Assembly (NCBI GenBank): GCA_964638155.1
Contig: CAZWYI010000002.1
Location: forward strand, 5,727-69,726
DNA: 64,000 nucleotides
Origin: an uncultured Thermoplasmatales archaeon
GTDB lineage: Archaea > Thermoplasmatota > E2 > DHVEG-1
Reading direction: 5' to 3'
The notes under the pieces were generated by a model. That model was not told where the DNA came from. It saw nothing but the letters and a program-made list of their open reading frames with translations, and ran no database searches. Shown one piece after another: positions 38,876 to 48,111 of this stretch. Every line of letters starts with the position of its first letter. Position 1 is the first letter of the stretch. The translations under genes and the position numbers were made by a program.

Positions 38876-39955
38876 TTATACTTCCTGTAAAAGAAATGCA
38901 CCAAGACATTTAACTTTTTCTTTGTAAGTTTTTGGATAAAGAAATCTTTCACAGGCAGTTATACTGCTAAGAATAGAGTTACCATCTTGTGGCGTGAAAC
39001 AAAAACCTACAACTTCGTTATCATTTACTACATGGATTGTCGGAAGAACAGCTACAGTCTGGTTAAGAATCCTACCATAATGTCCATGTTCACGTCCATA
39101 TGAAAACACTAAGTTCGCTGATTTTTTATTTGATACAGCAACCCTTGGGTTATCAATAAATTTCTTTTTAACATCATCAATTGAAGTTTTATTTTTAAGT
39201 TTTAAATCATACCATATGCTATGCATATATTGGGTATTAAGTTTCAAAGCACTTGAAAAAACATTTAGCTTAACACCTAATGTTTTATACAAATGATAAA
39301 CATCTACTGCATGATGAGTGCCCATTGTTTTATCTTTATGAGCGCCAACCTCTGGAGAAGGAATAAAATTTTCAACCTGGCTTATATCATTTGCACGTCT
39401 TATACATAAAAATCTTCCTTCTTTCAGATTGTTTTTATTATTATCTCCAATTGCAAGTGTTTTTATCAAAACAGCAATGTTATGAGTGTTACAACTGACT
39501 ATATGGATAAATTTATCTTTTTCAGATACTATTTCATCATTTATTCCAACAGCATACATCTTTCCAAAGCCAAACTCAGAGCCCTGTGCCAAAAACCCTT
39601 TGGTTTTGTTTTTGTATTTTTTGTAGTATTTTTCTTTATTCATTAGGCCAGTACCTTTTGGTGTACAATCAATAACAACATCAGCTCTTTTGATAGCTTC
39701 TTCTGATCCATACACTGGCTCAATTCCTAACTCTTGAAAATCTGTCTTTTTTTCATCTCTAACACATAGGTTAGCTCCTCTCTTGATTAAACCTTTTACC
39801 TTTGGTCTATCAACAAGTTTTGGACTGTGTTTATAAAAAGTTACTTCGTCAATCCCAAGATCCTCTTTAGCATCACATAAAAGACCAATTAATGGTTCAC
39901 CAATAGTGCCAGTTCCAACAACATGCACGATATTTCCATTAGACATATCCATCAT
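38876..39955 (-). CDS. NAD(P)-dependent dehydrogenase related to archaeal type II glyceraldehyde-3-phosphate dehydrogenase.
   Basis: ADVVIDCTPKGTGLMNKEKYYK…AQG…HIVSCNTHNIAVLIKTL parallels the archaeal GAPDH ADIVVDCTPGGIG…FQGGE…VVSCNTTGLCRTL catalytic-Cys region. The N-terminus (VVGTGTIGEPL) is atypical. Confidence 0.45.
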   Translation of the reverse strand: MMDMSNGNIVHVVGTGTIGEPLIGLLCDAKEDLGIDEVTFYKHSPKLVDRPKVKGLIKRGANLCVRDEKKTDFQELGIEPVYGSEEAIKRADVVIDCTPKGTGLMNKEKYYKKYKNKTKGFLAQGSEFGFGKMYAVGINDEIVSEKDKFIHIVSCNTHNIAVLIKTLAIGDNNKNNLKEGRFLCIRRANDISQVENFIPSPEVGAHKDKTMGTHHAVDVYHLYKTLGVKLNVFSSALKLNTQYMHSIWYDLKLKNKTSIDDVKKKFIDNPRVAVSNKKSANLVFSYGREHGHYGRILNQTVAVLPTIHVVNDNEVVGFCFTPQDGNSILSSITACERFLYPKTYKEKVKCLGAFLLQEV

Positions 39956-40069
39956 GCCTCCCCAATATTTGAGCAGTCACGGTAATATACAATATGCATA
40001 TAACTGTTATCATTTTAAAAACAGAAACAAGGGAATACTTTTTAAAGGGTAATATATTTCACCTACTCC

Positions 40070-40285
40070 ATGGCATTACCTTTAGACGTACTAGAAAAAT
40101 CAATGAACCAGAAGCTGTCACTTCTTTTAAAAGATGGAAGAGAAGTTGATGGAAAGCTATCAGGATATGATGAATATATGAACATGGTTCTAACAGATGT
40201 AGAAGAAACTGTTGGAGAAACAAAGAGAAGACTTGGAACAATTATCCTTAGAGGAAACAATGTTGTAAGTATATCTCTGTTATAA
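40070..40285 (+). CDS. Sm-like archaeal protein (SmAP/LSm).
   Basis: 71 aa, Sm1/Sm2 motifs (LKDGREVDGKLSGYDEYMNMVL; IILRGNNVVSI). Confidence 0.85.
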   Translation: MALPLDVLEKSMNQKLSLLLKDGREVDGKLSGYDEYMNMVLTDVEETVGETKRRLGTIILRGNNVVSISLL

Positions 40286-40334
40286 GCCTTTTAAGCGAAA
40301 TATATATATACATGTTACTTATTTGTTTACTATG

Positions 40335-40405
40335 GAAGGAATCGGGCTGGTAGTTTTTTGTTAGAGTGCATCCCATCCCCTCCTAGTGAGGCCAGCCTAC
40401 CTTCC
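40335..40405. repeat. Composite conserved intergenic motif copy B, embedded in a GGAAGG…GGCTGG/CCAGCC…CCTTCC hairpin, between the Sm gene and hutU.
   Basis: gctggtagttt (40346-40356) and tgcatcccatcccctcct (40367-40384) are identical to copy A. Flanking inverted repeats are ggaagg (40335-40340)/ccttcc (40400-40405) and ggctgg (40345-40350)/ccagcc (40392-40397). Confidence 0.45.
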
Positions 40406-40460
40406 CTTTTGATTATGTTTTTTTAAAAAAGATTTAAGTATAGTTTTAAGATACAACAAA

Positions 40461-42131
40461 ATGGTTTTTATGGGGAAAATTTTTAAGGCAACTACAGGAA
40501 AAAAAATTAGATGTAAAGGTTGGAGACAAGAAGCAATTCTTAGGATGCTTGAAAACAATCTTGAGAATGCTGAAATTCCTGAAGATTTAATTGTTTATGG
40601 TGGAACAGGTAGAGCTGCCAGAAACTGGGAAAGTCATGATAAAATAGTTGAAATTTTAAAAAACCTTGAATCAGATGAAACAATGATAATACAATCTGGT
40701 AAACCTGTAGCTGTTTTTAAAACATATAAAAATTCTCCTAGAGTTCTTATGGCTAATTCAAATATTGTTCCGCATTGGAGCAACTGGGAAAAGTTTCATG
40801 AGCTAGATAAATTAGGCTTAATTATGTATGGTCAGATGACGGCCGGGTCATGGTGTTATATAGGAACTCAAGGTATAATACAGGGAACATATGAAACATT
40901 TGCAGCTCTAGCTAAAAAACATTTTAATAGTGATCTTTCAGGTAAAATAGTTCTAACTGGTGGTGTTGGTGGTATGAGTGGTGCACAACCCTTATCTGTA
41001 AAAATGGCTGGTGGTGTGTGCATTGCTGTTGAATGTGATGAAAAACGTATTGATAGAAGAATAAAAGCAGGTTTTTGCGATAAAAAAATGTATGATATAG
41101 ATAAAGCTGTAGAACTTGCTCGTGAAAAAAAGAAAAACAAAGAGGCTTTTTCTATAGCTGTTCTTGGAAACTGTGCTGATATTCATCCTAAACTAGTGAA
41201 GAATGGTTTTAAACCAGATATAGTGACAGATCAAACAAGTGCCCATGATGAACTAAATGGATATGTTCCAGCGGGATATTTCGGTGATACACTTAAAGAT
41301 GCGGTTGAACTGAGAAAAAAAGATCCAAAGGCATATATTGATTTATCCTTTAGAAGTATGAAAGCACATTGTAAGGCAATGCTTGATTTTCAAAAAAGAG
41401 GTTCTGTTGTTTTTGACTATGGAAATAACCTTCGTGGTCAGGCAGAAAAAGCAGGTCTTAAAGATGCTTTTTCATATCCTGGTTTTGTTCCAGCCTATGT
41501 TAGACCTATGCTTGCAGTTGGCCGTGGTCCATTTAGATGGCTAGCATTAACAGGAAATCCGGATGATATTATTAAAACAGATAAAGCAATTCTTGAAATG
41601 TTTCCTGATAACAAAATTCTTTCCAACTGGATTACACTTGCCGAAGAAAACCTACCATGGGAAGGTCTTCCTGCTCGTGTATGCTGGCTTGGTTATGGTG
41701 AACGTGAGCGTTTTGCTTTAAAGATTAATGATATGATTAGAAATGGTGAAATAGGCCCTGTTGCAATAACTCGTGATCATTTGGATTCAGGTAGTGTTGC
41801 CTCACCGTATCGAGAAACAGAGGGTATGAAAGATGGAAGTGATGTAGTGGCAGATTGGCCACTATTAAATGCACTTTTAAATTGTGCGGCCGGTGCAGAC
41901 AATGTTCAGATTCATAATGGTGGAGGTGTTGGAATTGGTCTTTCGACTCATGCCGGTATGGTTGTAGTATGTGATGGAACAAAAGAAACTGATGAACGAA
42001 TAAAACGTGTTTTTAAAACCGATCCTGGTATGGGTGTAGTAAGACATGCTGATGCAGGATATAAAGAATCAATTGATCTAATAAAAAATTCTGATATCAG
42101 TTCACCTATGATAAAGAATAAGAAAAAATAA
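40461..42131 (+). CDS. hutU: Urocanate hydratase (urocanase).
   Basis: GWRQEAILRMLENNL, VYGGTGRAARNWESHD and the NAD-binding GGVGGMSGAQ motif; ~556 aa. Confidence 0.9.
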   Translation: MVFMGKIFKATTGKKIRCKGWRQEAILRMLENNLENAEIPEDLIVYGGTGRAARNWESHDKIVEILKNLESDETMIIQSGKPVAVFKTYKNSPRVLMANSNIVPHWSNWEKFHELDKLGLIMYGQMTAGSWCYIGTQGIIQGTYETFAALAKKHFNSDLSGKIVLTGGVGGMSGAQPLSVKMAGGVCIAVECDEKRIDRRIKAGFCDKKMYDIDKAVELAREKKKNKEAFSIAVLGNCADIHPKLVKNGFKPDIVTDQTSAHDELNGYVPAGYFGDTLKDAVELRKKDPKAYIDLSFRSMKAHCKAMLDFQKRGSVVFDYGNNLRGQAEKAGLKDAFSYPGFVPAYVRPMLAVGRGPFRWLALTGNPDDIIKTDKAILEMFPDNKILSNWITLAEENLPWEGLPARVCWLGYGERERFALKINDMIRNGEIGPVAITRDHLDSGSVASPYRETEGMKDGSDVVADWPLLNALLNCAAGADNVQIHNGGGVGIGLSTHAGMVVVCDGTKETDERIKRVFKTDPGMGVVRHADAGYKESIDLIKNSDISSPMIKNKKK

Positions 42132-42136
42132 TTTCT

Positions 42137-43660
42137 TTATTCTAATTTTCCAATTTCTTTTTCTACTTTATCTAAAATTTCACAAGATTTTACTAGTTCT
42201 TTCATTTTTGTATGATCTGGATAAAGAGGTCTATCTTCATCTAAATATTTGACATGTTTTCTAATTGCTTTTTTTGCTTTTGTAACTCCTTTTCCAAATT
42301 TATATTTTCTTAAATCAAGTGCTTGAGCTGCTGCCATAAACTCAATTCCAAGAATACCATATGCATTATCAAGAATCTGGAAATTTTTAATTGCTGTATT
42401 CATTCCCATACTTACAAAATCTTCTTGATCTGCTGCAGCAGGGATTGATTGAACACTAGCAGGATTTGAAAGAATTCTCTGCTCAACAATTAAACTGTCT
42501 GCTGTATATTGACTAAGCATAAGCCCAGAAAACATACCTGCACCTTTAGTGAGAAATGCAGGAAGTCCTACACTTAACGCAGGATTATTAAGTCTATTCA
42601 TACGACGCTCACTCATAACACAAACCATAGTGATTGCATAACCTGCCATATCCATAGGAACACTTACAGGAGTTCCCTGAAAGTTAGCACCAGATATTTG
42701 TAAATCTTCATCTGGGAAAAAAACTGGATTGTCACATACTCCATTAAGTTCAGTTTCAACTTGTTCTTTTGCCCATTTAAGAGCATCATGGGCAGCACCA
42801 ATTACTTGAGGAGTAGATCGCATAGAATATGCATCTTGAACTTTGCATTGGACCTTTCCTTCTTTTAAATCTCCACCTGTAACAAGTTTACATATAGAAT
42901 TTGCACTGCGCACAGCACCACTAAAACCACGTGCCTCATGTAATTTAGGAGTATATGGGCCCATATTAGCCTTTAATGCATCAAGGCTCATAGCAGCAGC
43001 AATTTCAGCTTGTTTTAAAAAATTATTAGCATCATACAGAAAAATAGCACTCATAGCAGTTAAAAGATTAGAACCATTAATAGTTGCAAGCCCGTCTCTA
43101 GCCTTAAGTCCAGGTATCTTAATACCTGCTTTTTTCATAGCTTCTTTTCCAGGCATTAATTTTCCCTTGTAATAGGCTTTTCCTTCTCCAAGTAAAACTA
43201 ACGCAATTTGAGACATAGGGGCAAGATCGCCACATGCACCAACTGATCCCTTCTGACATACAAATGGTGTAACACCTTTGTTTAACATTTCAACAAGAGT
43301 CTTTGTTATTTCAGGTCTACATGCACTTTGTCCATGAGCATGAACATTAATTCTTGATGCCATAGCACCTCTAACATATTCTATTGGTGCTGGATCACCT
43401 ATCCCTGCTGAATGATTATAAATAAGATACCTTTGGAATTTTTTAACCTGATCATCAGAAAGAACTACCTCAGAAAACTCTCCAATACCAGTGTTTACTC
43501 CATACATTATTTCTTTTTTTTCAATTTTTTCTTCAAGAACTTTTCTGCATTTTTTAATTCTTTTTAAAGCATCAGGATGAAGTTCTACTTTTTCATTATA
43601 TCTTGCAATTTTTACTAAATTTTCAACAGTCAGATCAGAGCCTTTTAAAGTAATAGTCAT
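42137..43660 (-). CDS. hutH: Histidine ammonia-lyase (MIO-dependent), with Ala-Cys-Gly in place of the canonical Ala-Ser-Gly MIO triad.
   Basis: Aromatic amino acid lyase signature GSVGACGDLAPMSQIA. Cys143 is encoded by tgt (rc of aca at 43232-43234). The gene is convergent and adjacent to hutU. Confidence 0.85.
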   Translation of the reverse strand: MTITLKGSDLTVENLVKIARYNEKVELHPDALKRIKKCRKVLEEKIEKKEIMYGVNTGIGEFSEVVLSDDQVKKFQRYLIYNHSAGIGDPAPIEYVRGAMASRINVHAHGQSACRPEITKTLVEMLNKGVTPFVCQKGSVGACGDLAPMSQIALVLLGEGKAYYKGKLMPGKEAMKKAGIKIPGLKARDGLATINGSNLLTAMSAIFLYDANNFLKQAEIAAAMSLDALKANMGPYTPKLHEARGFSGAVRSANSICKLVTGGDLKEGKVQCKVQDAYSMRSTPQVIGAAHDALKWAKEQVETELNGVCDNPVFFPDEDLQISGANFQGTPVSVPMDMAGYAITMVCVMSERRMNRLNNPALSVGLPAFLTKGAGMFSGLMLSQYTADSLIVEQRILSNPASVQSIPAAADQEDFVSMGMNTAIKNFQILDNAYGILGIEFMAAAQALDLRKYKFGKGVTKAKKAIRKHVKYLDEDRPLYPDHTKMKELVKSCEILDKVEKEIGKLE

Positions 43661-43778
43661 ATTAGTCCTCCCTATATCAACATAAATCGAGTTACCCGTA
43701 TTATATCAATATGTATTAATTTATCTGAAAACAAAACTAAATTTTAAATACTCCCTGTTTTTTTACGAATCGATTTAT

Positions 43779-44879
43779 ATGGATATTGAAACAAGTTTGT
43801 CTGTTGTAAATAAATTTATTAGTGATTTACTGCCAGAGTCTTTGCCTAACTGGATTGGAGAAGGTATTGTATCAGTTGCTATACTTCTAACTTTTGTATT
43901 TCTTGGCTGGGTTGTATACACTATTTTTGAAAAAGTTTTTTTAAGACTTGCAAAAAAAACAGAAACAAAACTTGATGATGAAATATTAAAAAATATTAAA
44001 AAGCCAATATATTTTCTGGTAATCGTAATAGGTCTTTATTTTTTCCTATGGAATTTTTCAGATTTACAACCATATAGAGGGATTATTGCTGTAATAATTT
44101 CTTTTATAGAAATTTTGCTTGTAGCATTTGCTATAACTCGTGTTATAAACGTTGTTTTTGCATGGTACCAAGAGAAAGAGGCAAAAAAGAAGAAAATGAG
44201 CGATCATATACTAATAGTACTTAGAAATATTGTCAATGCAATAGTTGTTCTAATAGCTTTTTTCTTTATATTAGGTGCAGCAGGAATTGATTTATCTGGT
44301 GTAGTTGTAGGTTTTGGAGTATCTGGTATAGTAATTGGTTTTGCACTTCAAAATGTTTTATCTGATTTTTTTAGTGCCTTTTCAATATATTTTGACAAAC
44401 CATTTGAAATAGGTGATTTTATAATAGTTGGAGACTACGCAGGAACTGTTACAAAAATTACTATGAAATCAACAAGAGTAAAACTTCTACAAGGTGAAGA
44501 ACTAGTACTTGCAAATAAAACTCTAACTACTTCAGATGTTAGAAATTTTAAAAAGATGAAACAAAGAAGAATCTCATTTAGTTTTGGAGTGACATACAAT
44601 ACTCCTACAGAAAAACTGAAAAAAATTCCAGATATGATTAAAGATATAATAGACCCTAAGAAAATAAAAAATCTACATAAACTTGATAGAGTCCATTTCA
44701 GCGAATTTGGTGATTTCAGCTTGAATTTTGATATAGTATATTATATGAAAAGTCAGGATTATTTACAGTACATGAATACTCAACAAGAAATAAATTTCAA
44801 AATAAGAGAAGCCTTTGAAAAAGAAGGAATTGAAATGGCATTTCCAACTCAAACCATCTTTTTAAATAAGGAAAACTAA
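43779..44879 (+). CDS. MscS-family mechanosensitive channel.
   Basis: N-terminal TM helices, then the MscS beta-domain region GVSGIVIGFALQNVLSDFFS…FEIGDFIIVGDYAGTVTKITMKSTRV. Confidence 0.75.
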   Translation: MDIETSLSVVNKFISDLLPESLPNWIGEGIVSVAILLTFVFLGWVVYTIFEKVFLRLAKKTETKLDDEILKNIKKPIYFLVIVIGLYFFLWNFSDLQPYRGIIAVIISFIEILLVAFAITRVINVVFAWYQEKEAKKKKMSDHILIVLRNIVNAIVVLIAFFFILGAAGIDLSGVVVGFGVSGIVIGFALQNVLSDFFSAFSIYFDKPFEIGDFIIVGDYAGTVTKITMKSTRVKLLQGEELVLANKTLTTSDVRNFKKMKQRRISFSFGVTYNTPTEKLKKIPDMIKDIIDPKKIKNLHKLDRVHFSEFGDFSLNFDIVYYMKSQDYLQYMNTQQEINFKIREAFEKEGIEMAFPTQTIFLNKEN

Positions 44880-44893
44880 AATTTCTTATTTTT

Positions 44894-46072
44894 TTATAAC
44901 CATTTTTTTCTTTTAAAATATACAAGCATTATACATGCAACTGAAATCATAATAAATAATGCCATAGGATAACCCCAAACCCAAGTAAGTTCAGGCATAA
45001 CAGTAAAATTCATACCATAAACTCCAGCGATAAAAGTCAGAGGAATAAAAATTGCTGCAAAAATTGTTAAAACCTTCATTACCTCATTCATTTTGTTACT
45101 AACACTGCTCATATAAATATCAAGCATACCTGAAATCATATCACGAAATGATTCAACTGTATCAATTACTTGTATGGTATGATCATAAAGGTCACGTAAA
45201 AAAATATTAGTTGTTTTTCTAATAAGCCGTGATTCTTCTCTCATTAAGCCACTTATCACTTCTCTTAATGGCCATATTGATTTACGGAGAAAAATCATTT
45301 CTCTTTTAAGCCTGTATATTTCTTGAAGTGTTTCAGGAATAGGATTTTCAATTAGCTCTTCTTCAATTGTTTCTATTTTTTCACTTATTTTTTCAAGTAT
45401 TAAAAAATAGTTATCAACTATAGAGTCTATTAATGAATAAAGTAAATAATCAGCGCCCATTTTTCTAATTCTGCCTTTGTTATTTCTAATACGTTCACGT
45501 ATAGAATCAAAAACATCTCCTTTCATTTCTTGAAAAGAAATTACCATGTTTCGAGTTAAAATAAAACTAATTTGTTCAATAGTAATATTATTATTTTCAT
45601 CAAGATGAAGCATTTTTAAAACAATAAAAATATAGTTATCATAATCCTCCAATTTAGGTCTTTGATCTGTATTGAGAATATCTTCGAGAACAAGTGAATG
45701 GATGTCAAAGTTTTTTCCAATCTTTGAAATTATATCAGTATCATTGATACCATCAATATTAACCCAAGTTACAGATCTTTTATTTTTAAATGAAAAACAA
45801 TCCTCAACCTTTTTATATTTTATCTCTTTGAAATCTTTTGAGTTATAATCTAATATAGAAATATCTGGTTTTTCTTGTTTTTTATCACCAATATAAACAA
45901 GGCTTCCAGGGGGAAGGCCTTTAGTTTTTGAGGTTTTTTTGATAATATTTCTCATTTTTTTCACCATATATGAGAACTTTAGATTATGTAATAATTTATT
46001 ATTATTAAAAAACCTTGGAATAGTAATATTCATAAGAGATGTTATTATACCATTTAAAACACAGAAATACAC
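44894..46072 (-). CDS. corA: CorA-family Mg2+/Co2+ transporter.
   Basis: C-terminal two TM helices with YGMNF (GMN) signature; cytoplasmic N-terminal domain. Confidence 0.8.
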   Translation of the reverse strand: MYFCVLNGIITSLMNITIPRFFNNNKLLHNLKFSYMVKKMRNIIKKTSKTKGLPPGSLVYIGDKKQEKPDISILDYNSKDFKEIKYKKVEDCFSFKNKRSVTWVNIDGINDTDIISKIGKNFDIHSLVLEDILNTDQRPKLEDYDNYIFIVLKMLHLDENNNITIEQISFILTRNMVISFQEMKGDVFDSIRERIRNNKGRIRKMGADYLLYSLIDSIVDNYFLILEKISEKIETIEEELIENPIPETLQEIYRLKREMIFLRKSIWPLREVISGLMREESRLIRKTTNIFLRDLYDHTIQVIDTVESFRDMISGMLDIYMSSVSNKMNEVMKVLTIFAAIFIPLTFIAGVYGMNFTVMPELTWVWGYPMALFIMISVACIMLVYFKRKKWL

Positions 46073-46087
46073 TAAAAATATTTTATT

Positions 46088-46196
46088 AGCCCCGTAGTGT
46101 AGAGAGGTTTGTTAGGGGTAAAAACCTGCAGATCCTATAAGTCAATCATCGAAGGTTCTGGACCTTTGGACTCCAGTTCGAATCTGGACGGGGCTA
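46088..46196 (+). tRNA. tRNA-Gln(CTG)-like gene carrying a ~37-nt insertion in the 5' (D-arm) region; a probable non-canonical intron.
   Basis: Acceptor AGCCCCG/CGGGGCT, discriminator A. Anticodon arm GAAGG-TTCTGGA-CCTTT (46151-46167; anticodon CTG at 46158-46160). T-arm TCCAG TTCGAAT CTGGA. 56 nt lie between acceptor and anticodon stem, where 19 are expected. Confidence 0.55.
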
Positions 46197-46205
46197 TGTT
46201 ATTTT

Positions 46206-46808
46206 TTATTCTAACATAGTAACATCTATTTTTTCATTTAGATTTATAAGTGTGCCTTCTCCTCTCTTTCCTATACTGCAGTTTACAACTGTTGTCTTAT
46301 CATATTTTGTATATCCTGGATTTTCATGGATATGTCCACATAGTAAAAGCCTTGGTTTGAAATCATCAATTATTTTTTTAAGTTCTTTACTACCACCATT
46401 ATTTCCTTTGTATATTTCATCTTGAATCTTATATGGTGGTACATGACTTACGAGCACACTATCTTTTTCTACTAATTTTTTTTCATTTAGAAAATTATAG
46501 TCACTAGAGTTAAGCCCAGTTATTCCTACAAAATTAATGTCTTTTTTAACAATTTTCTTAAGTTCAATTCTTGTTGCATTACTTTCATCAATTCCTTTTT
46601 TTACATCCTCTGAATCTATATTGCCTGTTACTGCAAGAGTTTCTATTGGTATTTGATCTAAAAAATTCTTTGCAACTTCACCTGGTCCAAATTGAGTTAT
46701 ATCGCCACAAATAACTAAAATTTCTGGAGAATATCTTTCAATATTTTTTAAAACAATATTAAGTCTATATTGTGACCCATGTAAATCTGCTACAGCTAGA
46801 ATTTTCAT
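46206..46808 (-). CDS. Calcineurin-like metallophosphoesterase.
   Basis: Motifs ILAVADLHG, GDITQFG and GHIHE. Confidence 0.7.
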   Translation of the reverse strand: MKILAVADLHGSQYRLNIVLKNIERYSPEILVICGDITQFGPGEVAKNFLDQIPIETLAVTGNIDSEDVKKGIDESNATRIELKKIVKKDINFVGITGLNSSDYNFLNEKKLVEKDSVLVSHVPPYKIQDEIYKGNNGGSKELKKIIDDFKPRLLLCGHIHENPGYTKYDKTTVVNCSIGKRGEGTLINLNEKIDVTMLE

Positions 46809-46829
46809 TGTTTTTCACCTAAGTTTTTT

Positions 46830-48089
46830 TTATGTTGGCATCACTGGATCTTCATAGATGGAGCGTAAATAGTCAAATTTTTCTTCAAAAATTTCTGCCT
46901 GTTTTTGAATTACAATTTCTGCGCTATTGATATCCATGTCTTCTACTTTTTTAGCATAGCTTACAAATCTTCCAAGCCATAAGGTCTTTAATGAGTCAAG
47001 TAGTTTGTATTTATCTTCATCTGTTTTTGCTTGTTTCCATGATGAAGCAAAATTATATACAATTTCAGTCCATATCTCTGAATCAAATTCTTGGCCATTA
47101 TCTACAATATTTTCAAGTTCTTTTAGTATGCTTTCTGGAATATATTGTTTTATAATTTCCTTTGATGTTTCAAATTCTTTTCTAAAGTTTTTCTTCATAT
47201 CTGGAACATTTACTTTCACTGGTATCGGTTTTTGACTAAAACATTCCCTGTAGTATTTTGTTTTAAAGGGAATTGGATGAGTAGCCCAGTATTCTTCATA
47301 ATATTTAGCTAGTTCAAACATTTCTCCAGTAACCTTTCTAAACATTGGAATTAAAAACTTTTCAGGTTCTAAATAATGGGTTGTTGATTCATGTATTTTT
47401 AAGGAAAATAGCCCTTCTTTTACATACATTCTTTCAGCTGCTGCAACAGTTAATATAAAAATATCTATTCCGAAATCAGGTGGGAAAAGTGGATGGTTAC
47501 GTAAAAGTTCATACAAATTTCTTGATATTGCATATTCTCCTGCGATGGGCTGTCTGACATCTATACCATATAATGCTCTAGTGAAAGGATAAACTAGGTT
47601 ATTAGTTATCACTCCATCGTTTTTATCTCTAATATAATAAGGAACTGTTAAATCAGCTCGGCCGTAGACAATAGGGTTTGCAATCATAGGTAGCCACCTT
47701 GGTTTGATACTTAAAAGATCACCGTCCATTAAAACAACCATTTTTGCATCGCACTCATGTGCAATTTCAAAAATAGTCATAACACCTGCACCTTTTCCTT
47801 CAGAAATAATATCTTTTGTAGCTATTTTTTCAATTGATGAATAAGGCTGAAAAAGATCTACTGCTTGATTTGTATCATCACTTGATTCAGCAGTACTTAT
47901 CACTATAGCTTTATTGAAATCTGGAAAATATCTATACAGTCCTTCGTTTATAACATTTAAAACGTTTAACACAGTTGATTCAACGTCTTTACATAAAACG
48001 CCTACTACTATATCCATCGGCTTTATTTTTTTACATTTTTCAATTACTTTTTCATCTAAACTAAGGCCTTTATTCCACTCTTGATTCAT
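46830..48089 (-). CDS. GT-A fold glycosyltransferase, glucosyl/mannosyl-3-phosphoglycerate synthase-like (paralog A).
   Basis: DxD-type LMDGDL, and RQPIAGEYAISRNLY resembling the P(I/L)(S/A)GE(Y/F)A motif of GT81/GT55 retaining glycosyltransferases. Confidence 0.4.
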   Translation of the reverse strand: MNQEWNKGLSLDEKVIEKCKKIKPMDIVVGVLCKDVESTVLNVLNVINEGLYRYFPDFNKAIVISTAESSDDTNQAVDLFQPYSSIEKIATKDIISEGKGAGVMTIFEIAHECDAKMVVLMDGDLLSIKPRWLPMIANPIVYGRADLTVPYYIRDKNDGVITNNLVYPFTRALYGIDVRQPIAGEYAISRNLYELLRNHPLFPPDFGIDIFILTVAAAERMYVKEGLFSLKIHESTTHYLEPEKFLIPMFRKVTGEMFELAKYYEEYWATHPIPFKTKYYRECFSQKPIPVKVNVPDMKKNFRKEFETSKEIIKQYIPESILKELENIVDNGQEFDSEIWTEIVYNFASSWKQAKTDEDKYKLLDSLKTLWLGRFVSYAKKVEDMDINSAEIVIQKQAEIFEEKFDYLRSIYEDPVMPT

Positions 48090-48111
48090 TTATCTCTCCT
48101 CTTCTATTCTT

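Noticed and set aside
40059-40260. Two minus ORFs of 60/65 aa
   Set aside because: Antisense to the Sm-like protein gene.
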